A stretch of DNA of 62,203 bases, filler included, from Choristocarpus tenellus KU-1152 (taxonomy: Eukaryota > Protista > Phaeophyceae): assembly GCA_964200185.2 (NCBI GenBank). It is 12 parts of 12 records of this genome, joined end to end, with 100 filler letters (N's around TTAATTAATTAA, not from the genome) between each part and the next. Parts side by side here need not be neighbours in the genome. Positions count along the whole stretch, not along the records: positions 48,746 to 51,883 come from CAXNAD020022044.1; positions 51,984 to 55,689 come from CAXNAD020018403.1; positions 55,790 to 59,573 come from CAXNAD020017946.1; positions 59,674 to 62,203 come from CAXNAD020027021.1; 8 more parts are not named here. One strand, written 5' to 3'. Positions 50,419-62,203 of this stretch are shown one piece after another. Numbering within the stretch: position 1 is the first letter of the stretch; each line of letters opens with the position of its first letter. Both the position numbers and the translations under genes were made by a program. The notes under the pieces are model-generated. The model did no database searches. It was given only the letters and a program-made list of their open reading frames with translations, and was not told the DNA's origin.

Positions 50419-51651
50419 CTGTCAAGCATGACTCGAATGCGCTCGATGTATGATGGCATACGGCGTTCAGCCTCAGTAATGGCAAGCCCACACATCGGAA
50501 GGGCCGGGCATGCCATGGAAAGGCGTAGGAGAGGGTCGATCTTTACAGAACAACAAATTCAGGACAGTCAGGACAGTCAGGTAGAAAGAACATCATCAAG
50601 GGAAAGAAGAGGGAAGGGCAGTACATGGTCAGTAAGTAACCTCAAAGACAATGACAAAAGCACTTCGCACCAGCAGGAGGAACCCTAACCCTAAGTCAGC
50701 CATAAGGGGGGGCAGGAGGGGTGTCTACGGTGATGTATCCAATCAACAACCTCCCCCTCCCCATAACCACCTCACAAATTCACTTAGCAGGCACAGGGGA
50801 GGGGAGGGGAGGGGAGGGAAGGGGAGACAGCATTAACCAAGATAAACCAGGAATGTAGGTGGCATTAACAAGTCCTGACCTGTAACCTCATCATTCCCCA
50901 ACCCATCTTGTAGGGGACCTGATCCAAAATTGTGTTGGGGTAGTGAACTTCAATCCAAAAAAGTTTACACAGGTTGTGTTGGGGTACTACTCTTAACCCC
51001 CCGACAAATTGGCACAAAACTCACTAAAAAAAAAAAAAAATCATTCTAAAAAAAAAATCTTCTACTGCATCCCACACAAAATATCAGACAAACTTGATCG
51101 GTGGAGTGTCAGCTGCAAAAACTAAAAAACAAACAGCAACCAAGGAGTGTACTCCTATCAAAACAACAAAAGGAATCACACACACAAATGTTCTTCTCTT
51201 ACTTGAATTCCCCCCCAACGCCAGAGACTGATACCAACAACTTACCTACGACAATAACATACTCCATGAAACATAGTAGAAAGATAAGTATATATATATA
51301 CATTTACATCGAAAGGCAAATAAAAAATGTAAAAAAAGCCTTTCTACCCCCCTAAAATAAAAAAGAAGGAAAATTATGTAACTGTACCTAACTGCTTGGA
51401 ACAAAAGCTCTCGCCTCCCTACACCTCCAACTGTTCTCTACCCTCACCTGCTCAATGGGCTTGATGCCATTGCCGGTAAGGATGGCTTCCACTCCCTCCC
51501 TCTGCTCTGGAAGAATGTCCTTGAATATTATCGATTGATTGGGTGTACAAACCATCGTAAGACCATACTTGTCAACTACTGATCTGAGCGCTGTCTTGAG
51601 CATCATCCCTGACTCATGTCGATCAATTACCCTCCCATTTTCAATGTTCAC
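50419..51651 (-). CDS. sir: Ferredoxin-dependent sulfite reductase, two internal exons (partial)
   Basis: Exons 51651-51448 (VNIENGRV...LKTALR...TPNQSIIF) and 50540-50419 ([26 protein letters not shown]); the CPALPxCGLA motif binds siroheme/4Fe-4S. Confidence 0.9.
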
Positions 51652-52928
51652 CTTAATGGGAGGGAGAGGAAAGGGGGACGGGACGGGCATGGAGGCATGG
51701 TTTGGAAGGGAACAGGGAGATGAGGATAACTTACCAAAGACAACACAAACCCTACTGCAACCAACAAAGATAGCAACAACCTTTGATTCCGGTTGGACAT
51801 TGGGCATACAACTGATGAACAATAACCCTAACCCAAATACTTCCCTTACATCGTACATCCTCGTTCCTGCACCCCCCCCAACCNNNNNNNNNNNNNNNNN
51901 NNNNNNNNNNNNNNNNNNNNNNNNNNNTTAATTAATTAANNNNNNNNNNNNNNNNNNNNNNNNNNNNNNNNNNNNNNNNNNNNGCTTCGCATGTATGTAT
52001 AGTATGAAACATGTGTTCGTTCTTCTTTGTCAACTTAGTTTTTTGGTGGGTGTGATCTATCTATGCCTTTCTTGTACAAACCACATTACCATTTAATAAA
52101 TATTTGTAACTAGTGGAAGAAGACGTATGTATGTATGTATTGTACAATACATATAAGAATGACAAACCGTTACCGGCTCCCCCCCCTAGGGGCCCATCTG
52201 TCCTTGTACCTTTGGCTTGGTCAAGGTCGCTTCCAAATTGTAGCAGTACCCTCCACAAGCACCGAAATAGTTTGGAACAAAAATATATATACCCTTTCCT
52301 CGCACCATTCTGGGTCTTGCCCATCCTCAATTTTGATGATCAGCGGTTACATACGCAAATATTTGTACATATTTTGTCTACTGATTTGTGAAGCAGAAAT
52401 GGCTCTTTCATTATTTTTCCAATATGTTAGCCCCTCCAATCCCCTCAATATGTTCCTAAACTTACGGACACAATCCATGATATGGTGTTAATGTGTGGCA
52501 CATACATTACAAGAACGTGTGCAGTGCATCCCCTCTGCATTTCTATATTTTCAACCCCTAAGATTGTGCTAAATACATTCATGTATAATGATGTAACGTA
52601 AAGAGGAGGGCACATACATGTTCCACAGCATAGACTTCAATTCTTCCTCATCATGGCAACGCCAATTTCCTTTCTTGGTCGACCAGCCTGAGTTCAGTCA
52701 AGCAGCAGTATGTATTCGCCTGAAGAAGAGGCAACAATATCTTTTGCCTCCAAACGGAAATAATTGCACTTTAGAATTTGTCATCTCCTCTTCCATATCC
52801 TCGCCTGATGCTGCAGGGGTCCTTTTCTGGAATGAAAATTGAAATCCAGGGTTAATTCCCATGCCAGATGGACATCTACATCTGAACTGTGAGTTGACTG
52901 AATAATGGTGGTTGCGAGATATCCTAAA

Positions 52929-53146
52929 TACCCAAAGTATCTGGGGGNNNNNNNNNNCAACAAACCAGGGGGGGGGGGGGGGGGGGGGGGGAGGCGTCTA
53001 CACCAGGGTGTCCACTTGGACCAAAACCAGGAAAAGTGCACTTACATTATCCATTCGACGTATGCAACCAAATCACCCAAAAATCGCAACATGAAAAAAA
53101 TGACCCCAAATGGACAGCAGCCACCTACCCCCAGATACTTTGAACC
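52929..53146 (-). mobile_element. MITE family B, only copy with both ends (~220 bp)
   Basis: CCCAAAGTATCTGGGGG ... CCCCCAGATACTTTGAACC. Confidence 0.85.
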
Positions 53147-54986
53147 AAACAGGTGCCAATACACAAGCACAATCCTATTCTCAGTTCCATGGTATTACCA
53201 TGCAAACCTACCGGGAATAGTCAACTTGTCACAAGTGTACGACCAGGCGTCCACATGCGACTCACACACTGCAGATCTCACCTTGCGTGCTGACATGATA
53301 GGCCCAACAATAGAAACACAAGTTTTCTACACAAGCATTGTGCTATGAACATTAGGGTTTTCCATCACCATGCGATGGCAATTACAGTCTGAAAGAAACA
53401 TGTAGGATGAGACCAAACAATTTAAGGAGCTCATGTAATTTTGCTGCCAAAAGAAAGAGCAGCAAACAAGCAGGTTCAACCTATATCCCCGTAGAAAACA
53501 TTCACTTAAAAAGAACGTATTAGACTTGTGCCTAAGAAGCGCAAGGTTGGAGACCAAAGTTCCTGGAAAACATAACCACACTACTGAACAGTGAGTAGGC
53601 GTACCATACAAAAAGAGAAGAGCTTCCAGTCAACTGGACTGCCTTGTGACCAAGCCGCAACGGTGTGGTCACTGTTGATTATGTGCTCACACAACATCAC
53701 ATCTCAAAAACGTCACACTTCGATACAAACCTGGTGGGTGAAACAACAACACACTACCCTCAGTACCACTACCCACATGCTCCTGTGCAGTTGTGATAGG
53801 CACCACAAAGACAGTTTGGTCCTTGCAAACACTACAACAAATGAAGCTCTTCTGTGACTTTGAACACGATTCCTTGGAATGTTGAATTCAATCCTAAGGA
53901 AAAAAAAATAACATAATATTGATGACAGAGGGAGCCTTCACAATGACACAACACAAACAAAATCACTTATCATCATAGCTTACACTAACAATATAAAAAG
54001 ATAGCTCAAATGAACATACCTTTCTGTAACACCAGCAGATCAATTCTTGTCCAAATTTGGCAAGCAGGGGTGGGCATGACTGCTATCTAAGACATTGTTG
54101 AAGGCACTAAGGGTTTGCCTATATAACATCAGTGATTTCCATTCTACTGCCACACATAATATATACACATCTATGTAAACAAAACAGTCACTTAGAACAC
54201 CTAAACTATTGCAAGAGAATGAGGAAAAGCACACCCAACCTATTGAGAAAAAAGCAATGACAAAACAACAAGAAAGTCAGAAAAGACAAAAGCCAAGGTG
54301 TCAGCTCGAGGGAGGGACCAATTGGGTCTACAAAAATCCCATATCTAAATTGATGTGAGCATTTCACGAATCGCTGCAAAGGATAATGAGAACAGTCAAC
54401 ACAAATACCATGAGTAAAACAACGGTCTTGGTAAGGTAATGGGGGTGTTGACAAAAAAGAAAGACCCTTGCAATGATACACAACATTTCATAGTACTCTC
54501 TAGTGTATCTTCCCCCAATGAATATACCCAGGGCTCTCAATCACACCTACCCACATACTGGACAGCAGAAACAGTTCACACACCAGGACCAATGTCTACA
54601 AATTTAAGCAACCAGGGTGTGGACCAGACTCAACCTTAAACAAACCATAGTGACCCAGGACGAGACCAATCATAAAATGCCTGGCCCAGCATAGAACCTC
54701 TTGGATGTACCCTCCCTTTGTTCACAACAATAACCAATTTTGAACAATGCTTCGGAACCAGAGTTGCAAGCTTGAATAAAGTCCCCCGTAGCAAGACTCA
54801 TAATGGTGGAAACAGCGCGTTTCATCGTTTAGAAATTTAAACGACAGCTGTACAGGAACAGTCACCAAAAATAAATTACAACAATATTCTTGCAATAAGC
54901 TGTATCTATAACTATTGCAAAACTGCCTCTGCTGTTGCCATAGATATGTACCATAGAGGAGAGGGGATAGAGAGGGAGAGAGAGTG

Positions 54987-55097
54987 CTACAGGAATACAG
55001 TATGCTTCTCCTTGATATCCTTACGACACAGAGGACAAGCACTGAGGCTTCCTGAACACTGCGGACACGTAGACATGTGCATGCATGGAAAAAGGAC
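54987..55097 (-). CDS. RING-HC (C3HC4_3-type) E3 ligase, terminal exon
   Basis: CAG acceptor then VLFPCMHMSTCPQCSGSLSACPLCRKDIKEKHTVFL-stop. Confidence 0.8.
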   Translation of the reverse strand, partial: VLFPCMHMSTCPQCSGSLSACPLCRKDIKEKHTVFL

Positions 55098-55840
55098 CTG
55101 TTCACACGGAAAGACAGGTAAGTTGCATTTATATACGAATAGTGGAACATCATAGGGATAGGGATGATGTGCACAATCTACGATGTAGAGGAGAGCTGCT
55201 GCATATACCAATGCTATATTCCCGTGAATTTGTCAGTCCGTCACCCACTTTGTGCCAGATACACCAATGGAATAATGGACATACGACAACAAGGTGAATT
55301 TAGTTGGCAAAATACCAACCTACCAGGTCTCAAGTCCTGGACTAATTCTAGTATATTTAGGGCTTTTATTAACCAACTCAATGGAGTAAAAGATGTCAAA
55401 GATAAAATAAGAGAGTTTTATGGAATATTAATTTGATGTTATGTGTATGACTAAAAAAGAAGAGTACAGAGCATTTTCGAATGCAATTGAAACAATAAGA
55501 TAAGATAATGTTTTTGAAATGCACACAGAAAACAGCCCAGAATCTGGTCTGTATGATGGTGTGATAGTAGAAGTAGAAACAGTTATAATGAAAAAAAAAA
55601 CTTTGAATTATACAGGGGATGGGGGGTGGGTGGGGGGGTTGCACGGTTGGGGAGAGGAGACCCACAAAACAAAGGGCTAGCACCTTTGANNNNNNNNNNN
55701 NNNNNNNNNNNNNNNNNNNNNNNNNNNNNNNNNTTAATTAATTAANNNNNNNNNNNNNNNNNNNNNNNNNNNNNNNNNNNNNNNNNNNNAATGAAAAAAA
55801 AAGGGTTTTTAAATACGAGGAATAAAAAAAATCAAAAAGG

Positions 55841-55871
<31 letters not shown>

Positions 55872-55889
55872 AGGGTGATGTGTGCATAC

Positions 55890-58800
55890 CTGGAAGACAA
55901 TGAAATGCCAGTAGACGCTCAAGGCAATGTGGTAATACCACTCCAACATCTCCCCATTGTCACGGGGCGGCCAGTCATCCCTGTGGAGGTCGATGAGCAG
56001 GAAAAAAAACACAAAAAAAGTGACACAATAAAAAAACAGAGCATCGAAATTCAGCTGGGGGGCAGAGGGGGTGTGACATCACTGACTAAAAAACTGCGAA
56101 TACTTCATTAGATTTTGGAGGGGCAAAGCACTCGCAACCCAAACATACGTATGATTAGACATTCACAATGGCAGCGCATGGGACAACAGGACCAAGGTGG
56201 TTGTTAATAGATGTATATCTGAGTTACTTGCAGGGTGTGCTACACGTCTCAAACGTCATTGGAAGGCGTTCCTCACAAAGATAACACCAGGTGTCGGTTA
56301 CACACATCTCAACAATCAGCGGAAGAAAATTGGGATGAGGTCACGACGTACAACAGACACGTGTAAGAGGTAGGTGATGACTCAAAGAGACCGAGCAAGG
56401 AGGAGGTGTGGAAGGGGGGGAGGGGAGGAAGGGGGGCAACGTGTCGGCTGCAAAGATCTCAAGTTATTTGAACAGGAATAAATTCAAGTTTGCTGTGCTG
56501 CTCCAGACACACACTCATGTCGACCTGAATGGTTACAATATTCACTCAATAAGAACTCACCAAGCCCTGAAGGGATCTGCAAACCAGACCCTGTCCTTCA
56601 CGACAAGAACCCCAAGCACCACCAAAAAAGAATAGACCAGAAACCTCCACAGCGCCTTATCATTATTATTATTAAAACAGTGGGGGAGGGGGGGGGAGTT
56701 GGAGGGTGAGCACTAACGGTAGGGAAGGGCATTTGATACTTAGTTGGCAAATCTCAACTACATACATACACATTGTGTGTCAATATTACTATTAGTAGTA
56801 GTGATATTATTGTTGTCATTGTATGTGTGATAGCCGCCTTCACAACGTGTACCTCTAAAAGGTTCCCATCCTGTCTAAGGTACACCTCATAGCCGTTGCC
56901 CTCCTATCCTCATTACTAGCCTGAGGTGTACACCAACTGCAAGCAAATATCTTACTCTTTTTGGTCATAACATATATTATATATACACTTCTGCATGACA
57001 ACTCCTCATCTTTAGGAGAAATGTGCCCTCCACTCCCTAACCCTTGTTACACAACCCGACCATACTTTGCACACTACTCACAATCTACTTGCACGGGTGA
57101 TAAGTACGAAGCTGATGACAGCCTAACGCCCTCCAGGGTCTACAAAAAATTCAACTGACCTTCTTTCCCTCTCTTGTACCTACACACCACATCCTTGCCC
57201 CCCCCCAGGGTCTGGCTTGTTTTCAAAAGCTCAAGCAAGGATTTCTACAATAGGTCCACCCTCTCATTAGGACAACAAATTCAAAAGTACAATTAACACT
57301 TTCTTATAATACAGATTTTTTTTTTTTTGCCAAGTTTTCACAGCAATATTTTACTCGGTACTATATATTTTTTTTCAACACGCCTCTCAAACCCATGGCA
57401 GAGCTAACAATTTCTTGCTCCAAAATCAGAGATTTAACATTTCAACAAAACACACACACAAAATTGTCCTTACTATTTTATGTATATTTCATGCCTGTTT
57501 GAGGTACAACAAAGGGGGTTGTTGGTTGGTATGACGAGATTCAAATATACGCCGGACCCTACAGGAAGTGGAGGAGTACAAAAGACCACCCCCAACCAAG
57601 ACAATCACTGGAATACACTGCACCAGTACTAGTCTCTTGAGACTTTTATCAATCTCCCCCCACCATGTATAGCACAAACACTAACTTCAGGTATGTTATA
57701 CATGTATTGCAGTGTTCTGGTCAAGATTATACCATACACCGACAAAATCTGGGACCCATTGTTGGCACCCCCCCTCCCCCCCTCCCTGCCTGAAAAGACA
57801 ATTTGAGGTGCTAAACACCTCCCACCAAGGCCTTCCTCTAACCCACCATACACGCCTTACTACCTACAACCAACACCACAAGATACTTTACTTACCTATA
57901 GTATAGCTCCATTCCCTCAACACCAACACAATTTTGGGTAATATCTAAAATCTAACAGTACCCGAAACACACAGGGGGGTAGGTAGACCCAATCGGTCCT
58001 GTGAGGGGGGACCACATCGAACATCCAAATGGAAAAAAAAGTTAAAAAGTCAGATGGAAAAAAAAAAGTCATTACAATCATTATGCTCAATCACACGCAG
58101 TTTTTTTTTTATCATTCCAATTTTGTTTTGTTTTTTTCACACTGGGGGGGTATGTGCACACTCGACCAACAAACGACAGCTACACTTGGCACTTGGAAAA
58201 GCGATTTGGAATAATATTTACATCGATTAGAACACGGACGACAAGGTTTTTGATTTGTCCGTCGGGATGGGATTGCAACCCCCACGGAAACTTCCTAGCA
58301 ATTTCCTAGTGAAGGCATTTACATCCATAAGAACATGGACGACGAGGTTCGATTGGTCCGTCAGGATGGGATTGCAACCCCCACGGAAACTTCCTAGCAA
58401 TTTCCTAGTGAAAGAGTAAAAGGCACGAACCGCATTTTTGTCGTCTTGCTGTTTATGTACCCTCAGGAAAAAATTAAGTTGGTGTTCAGCAAAAATGAGA
58501 AAGAAAAAAGAGATAGAACTTGAGACACCAGAAAAAAAGTGAGTAGAAGTATCATAGAGGGTACGAGTTTTGCCCTGTTTGTCCATTTGAAGCTTGGCTT
58601 CCCATGTTTTTTTTTACGACATTTCCCTACTACAAAACGTTTCGGAGTAGGTAAAGTGTATACATTATGAAGAGGTGTTTCCTCAACAAGGATATTGACG
58701 CTTCCTAACAAACACGATAGCCAAAAATATATCAAAATTGCAAAATTGGATTTTGGCCCCCTAAATGGACGCAGCTCTACCCTCTTAAGATACTTTGACT

Positions 58801-59396
58801 CAGTCCGCGGATAAATCGAAAAGATCCACGATACAGAAGAAAAAGAGAGTACACAAAAAAACCCCAATCTGAACCCGACAAAAATCTGTTTACTATATAG
58901 AGCGAATCGGGCTTTCCACTTGATTGCAAAAGGCAAAAGCACGAAGCAAAGCAAGCCCTTACTCAGGAAAAAAAATAAAAGGGACACACATTGCCGCAAT
59001 GCAGAGGAGAGAGAGACGACACGGACGAGCTGCTAAGGAGGCAAGTCTAGAGGTAAAAAATCAAGTCACGTTATGTTGTACTCACAGCGGCGAAAAACAG
59101 CTGACCCCTTAGACACAACGTTGCGTCTAAAAGGTCAAGATCAAAATCAATGCCAACGCTTAAAATATTAGCAAACCCGTAGGCAACCGTGGCAGCACCA
59201 ATATTAACGGGGGCATGCATTTTTTTTTTTTGTGAATCTGTAAGTGCCCCAGAATACCTGTCTTTACGTGCAGGACATCCAAACATTCAGCATTGCAAGA
59301 GATGATAAGAACCCAATCTCACCTCTGTGAACTTGTAGATCTGTTTGTTCCTCAGAGCTGCGACCCTCCTCGCCGAAGCATATGCTTGCACCTCCT
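55890..59396 (-). CDS. Ceramide synthase (LAG1/LAC1, TLC domain), three internal exons (partial)
   Basis: Exons 59396-59323, 56655-56561 and 55980-55890 join to ...QIYKFTE|ALWRFLVYSFLVVLG...WFADPFRAW|DDWPPRDNGEMLEWYYHIALSVYWHFIVFQ, the KFxExxWRF..Y and W..WP..YY motifs of ceramide synthases. Confidence 0.85.
58229..58413. repeat. ~101-bp tandem dimer, intronic
   Basis: GGATGGGATTGCAACCCCCACGGAAACTTCCTAGCAATTTCCTAGTGAA is repeated exactly. Confidence 0.9.
58541..58801 (-). mobile_element. MITE family A, full copy in a ceramide synthase intron
   Basis: Both TIRs; flanks share AGT. Confidence 0.9.
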
Positions 59397-59673
59397 CTAC
59401 AGGAATCCCCGATGCCTTTGAAATTTTTTCCAACTCCACCTTCTTTTAGATCAGCCAACAACCACATCCACCCACCCCGAATATATACGTATATATATAT
59501 ATGCACCCCCCCCGTCCCCCAACCCCCCCCAGCCCACAGCGTCCGTTTTGTGTGTGTGTGTGTGTCCCATATANNNNNNNNNNNNNNNNNNNNNNNNNNN
59601 NNNNNNNNNNNNNNNNNTTAATTAATTAANNNNNNNNNNNNNNNNNNNNNNNNNNNNNNNNNNNNNNNNNNNN

Positions 59674-59750
59674 GGGACATGGAAAAATGGGCCCCAAAGG
59701 GACAGCTTCCCCCCCCCCCCCCTTCCCCCCCCCCCAGATACTTTGGACCC
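59674..59750 (-). mobile_element. MITE family B, terminal fragment
   Basis: CCCCAAAGGGACAGC(C)nAGATACTTTGGACCC. Confidence 0.75.
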
Positions 59751-62175
59751 TTTCCTGAATATCATAGTCTCAAGGCCAAGGACATGATGCCGATGTCCCT
59801 CCCATAGGGACGGTAATTGTCGTTACATTGTCGTTACTTATCTTTTTGTTGTTGTTGGAGGCTATTGTAGAACTCTGCTGTATGCAGGTGCTCTACTTAT
59901 TTTGATGTACTGGTGTGATAACCATTATTATTCTCTTATCATTTTGATGTACTGGTGTTCCAACAATTGTTTTTATTCTTAATATTTTATGTACTGGTCC
60001 GATGATCGTTATCATTCTTAAAGTTCTTAACTCGCAGGTGTTGCGATTATCATTATCATTCCTAATCTTCTTACTAACAAGCAATGTAAAATATATATAT
60101 ATATATATATATTTATTTATTTATTTATTTTTAATGTAAATATTTTTTCTGCTCGAGTCGACCCAACCCGACGTGGACAGGAGGTTCATTGCTTAGTCCC
60201 TGGTAAGGCGTTATCGACAGAGTTAATTTGGGCGTTGTAGAGGTACAAGGCGGTGACCGTACGATGTGCTTGGCTCGCTCCGTCGATAACGATACGCCTC
60301 ATACCTGCCCATCACATCGCCTTACCAATTTTTAGGTATTCTTCTTTGGGCAGTCTGTGATTTTTTGGGGGGGAAATCGACGAGATCTGCTACCTAGTTT
60401 TTTTTATTTAAATCCCTTGACTCGACGGTCTTTGCTCACGAACACGCCTCCCATGTGATGATATGCGATGGCAGGACCTCGCCTGGAGGTTGCCAACTGA
60501 GTGTGGATGAAGCAGCGGGCTTGGATCAATTGGGGGATACCTACTCTGATCAAGTTTGTGCCAAGCTGTTGGAGAGGGTGCAGGCAAGGGAGCTGCTGCT
60601 TGCCTGCCTTCCCCCCCTTCCCCCTTGCCCTAACATGATCAGTTCGGTGCTTGAATTGCTTGAGTTCGTTTAGACTGCATAGTGATTTGTCGCTGGCGTG
60701 AATTTTAGATTCAATTGGGGTAGTGCTTGAGTGGTAATTCGCTCCTCTTCCTTGTATCATGCTGTGCATTCCGTTATTTTTATTTTCAAGACATTTTTTT
60801 TTTTACTTGCAGTCATCAAATATATTTATAATCATTAAATTTATCAAATATATAAAAAAATTCAACTCTTTTTCAATTCGCTTGCTGCTAGAGATGTCTC
60901 GTAGTAATCCTGGGATTTTATTGGCCTGCTCCTGCTCTGGAAGGAAGAAATGGAAAAAAGAAAAAAAGTAATTCCCTTACGCTTGAGCGTGTGCCCATCT
61001 CCTCAAAGAGCGTTGAAAGTGATACCTATCATTATTGGTAGCACTATTTATGTCTTGTGTTGGTCCCGTCAAGATTCGAGTTGGAGCTGAATGAGATGTG
61101 AGGGATAAATGTTCTGATTTGTCCTGTCACAGGTGCACTCAAAAACATTCTACTTTCTTTTTCTGAAAAAAATAAAAATTGAAAATGTTGACTTTATTTT
61201 CTTACTTGAACAATGAAAAAGGTCGTTTCTGAAGTACTTTTTTTGTAAGTAGTATATATTATTTATGTACAAGATAGTTGTGATATTTTTATCATTTTTT
61301 CTAATGGAACTCTTTCGGTTCTTTTATTTGATTTAACACAAGGAAGATAATTTTATAGCCCTTCAAGTTAGGGAGTTTTAGATCACTTGTATGTAATTAA
61401 TTTATTTGAATTTTGAAGAGGGACACTGCATTGCTCTTTGCTAAATTTGAAAAAAACGATTATTGTGATAATATTAATACAATTGTGCAACCCTATTCCC
61501 TAACCCTAAACTAACAGGACAAGTAGTACCAATAATAGTGTATTTGTTTCCACACTAGGGTTGAAACGCAGTGTATTGGTTGCTCTTGTTTCTTCTTTTT
61601 TGTTTCTATTTTCATTTTGTATTTTCTCCCTATTTTTGTTATTACTAACCTTTTTGACCACGGGTTGTTCCATAGATCAAACAATAATGAGTGATATCTT
61701 TACTACTAAAAGTAATAATAGTGTTGAAAATGTTGTATTGTGGGTTTAAGTCTCAGTACAGTGCGTCAATCTTTGCAAGTATACTAAAATTGATATAGTG
61801 TATGTACAGAATGGTAAAAATTAGAACACTTTTTTAATTTTCATACTGTACAAGGAGCGTTCTTTTTTGGATGCATATCAAGAACAACTCCTCAGTGTAT
61901 AATTCTTCAGAACAAAGTGTATGATTATTTTGTTAGTTTTGATATCAGTACAACACACTGTTGATGCATAGAAAAGCTTTGTCATAGTAGTCAAAACAAA
62001 TCATATTGTTATTATTATGATTATTTGTACTGTTACTTTGTGTTATTTTCATTGTCTGCCTTCAAAGTTGTTCCTCTTCCCCCGTACGACATCGCCTGCG
62101 AAATAATATTGAGATAAATAATAATAATAATAATAATAATAGAACAATGATAATAGTAATGATAATAATAACATT

Positions 62176-62203
62176 TGCTCAAAGTATCTGGGGGGGAGGG
62201 GGG
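62176..62203 (+). mobile_element. MITE family B terminus at window end
   Basis: TGCTCAAAGTATCTGGGGGGG. Confidence 0.7.

Noticed and set aside
57081-57558. Two exon-like segments inside the ceramide synthase locus
   Set aside because: The KFTE|ALWRF motif is completed by joining 59323 directly to 56655, so these segments are intronic.
1048-58801. Family A repeats or tandem repeats as a CRISPR-like array
   Set aside because: The copies are dispersed, in both orientations, with TIRs and TSDs. There is no regular repeat-spacer structure and no cas-like gene.
1136-58999. Family of similar short ORFs (MLGSVNILVP..., GSQAPNGQTG..., MDKQGK...)
   Set aside because: These are chance translations of MITE family A in different frames; stops and frameshifts differ between copies.
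4299-59673. Recurrent TTAATTAATTAA motif flanked by N runs
   Set aside because: Identical 100-bp artificial linkers used to concatenate contigs. They are not biological, and no synteny can be inferred across them.
60455-60673. Possible plus-strand exon with a GC donor
   Set aside because: No recognisable domain and no partner exons to check phase.

Overview
Eukaryotic genomic DNA made of 12 unrelated short contigs joined by 11 artificial 100-bp linkers (N-TTAATTAATTAA-N), so adjacency across linkers has no meaning. Short exons, long introns, TTAGGG repeats, a ferredoxin-type sulfite reductase and an NPxK-type helical module suggest a photosynthetic stramenopile, possibly a brown alga or relative (inference). 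Spliced genes rebuilt by hand: a complete 6-exon THH1/TOM1-like membrane protein; a >=11-exon cyclophilin + RanBP2-type zinc finger + FxFG + EF-hand protein; and fragments of a Nudix hydrolase, a PDZ-like protein, sulfite reductase, a RING E3 ligase and a ceramide synthase. The dominant non-coding signal is about 29 copies of three related ~220-300-bp MITE families. They share G(A/G)GTCAAAGTA termini, and family A has 4-bp TSDs, a Sola2-type signature. One contig holds a decayed Sola-like transposase N-terminus head-to-head with a decayed, intron-containing ParB/sulfiredoxin-like gene (DGNHR motif), a candidate two-gene autonomous partner. Some MITE copies have been overwritten by telomeric TTAGGG repeats, and some show CpG decay. 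All family assignments come from visual motif recognition; no searches were run.
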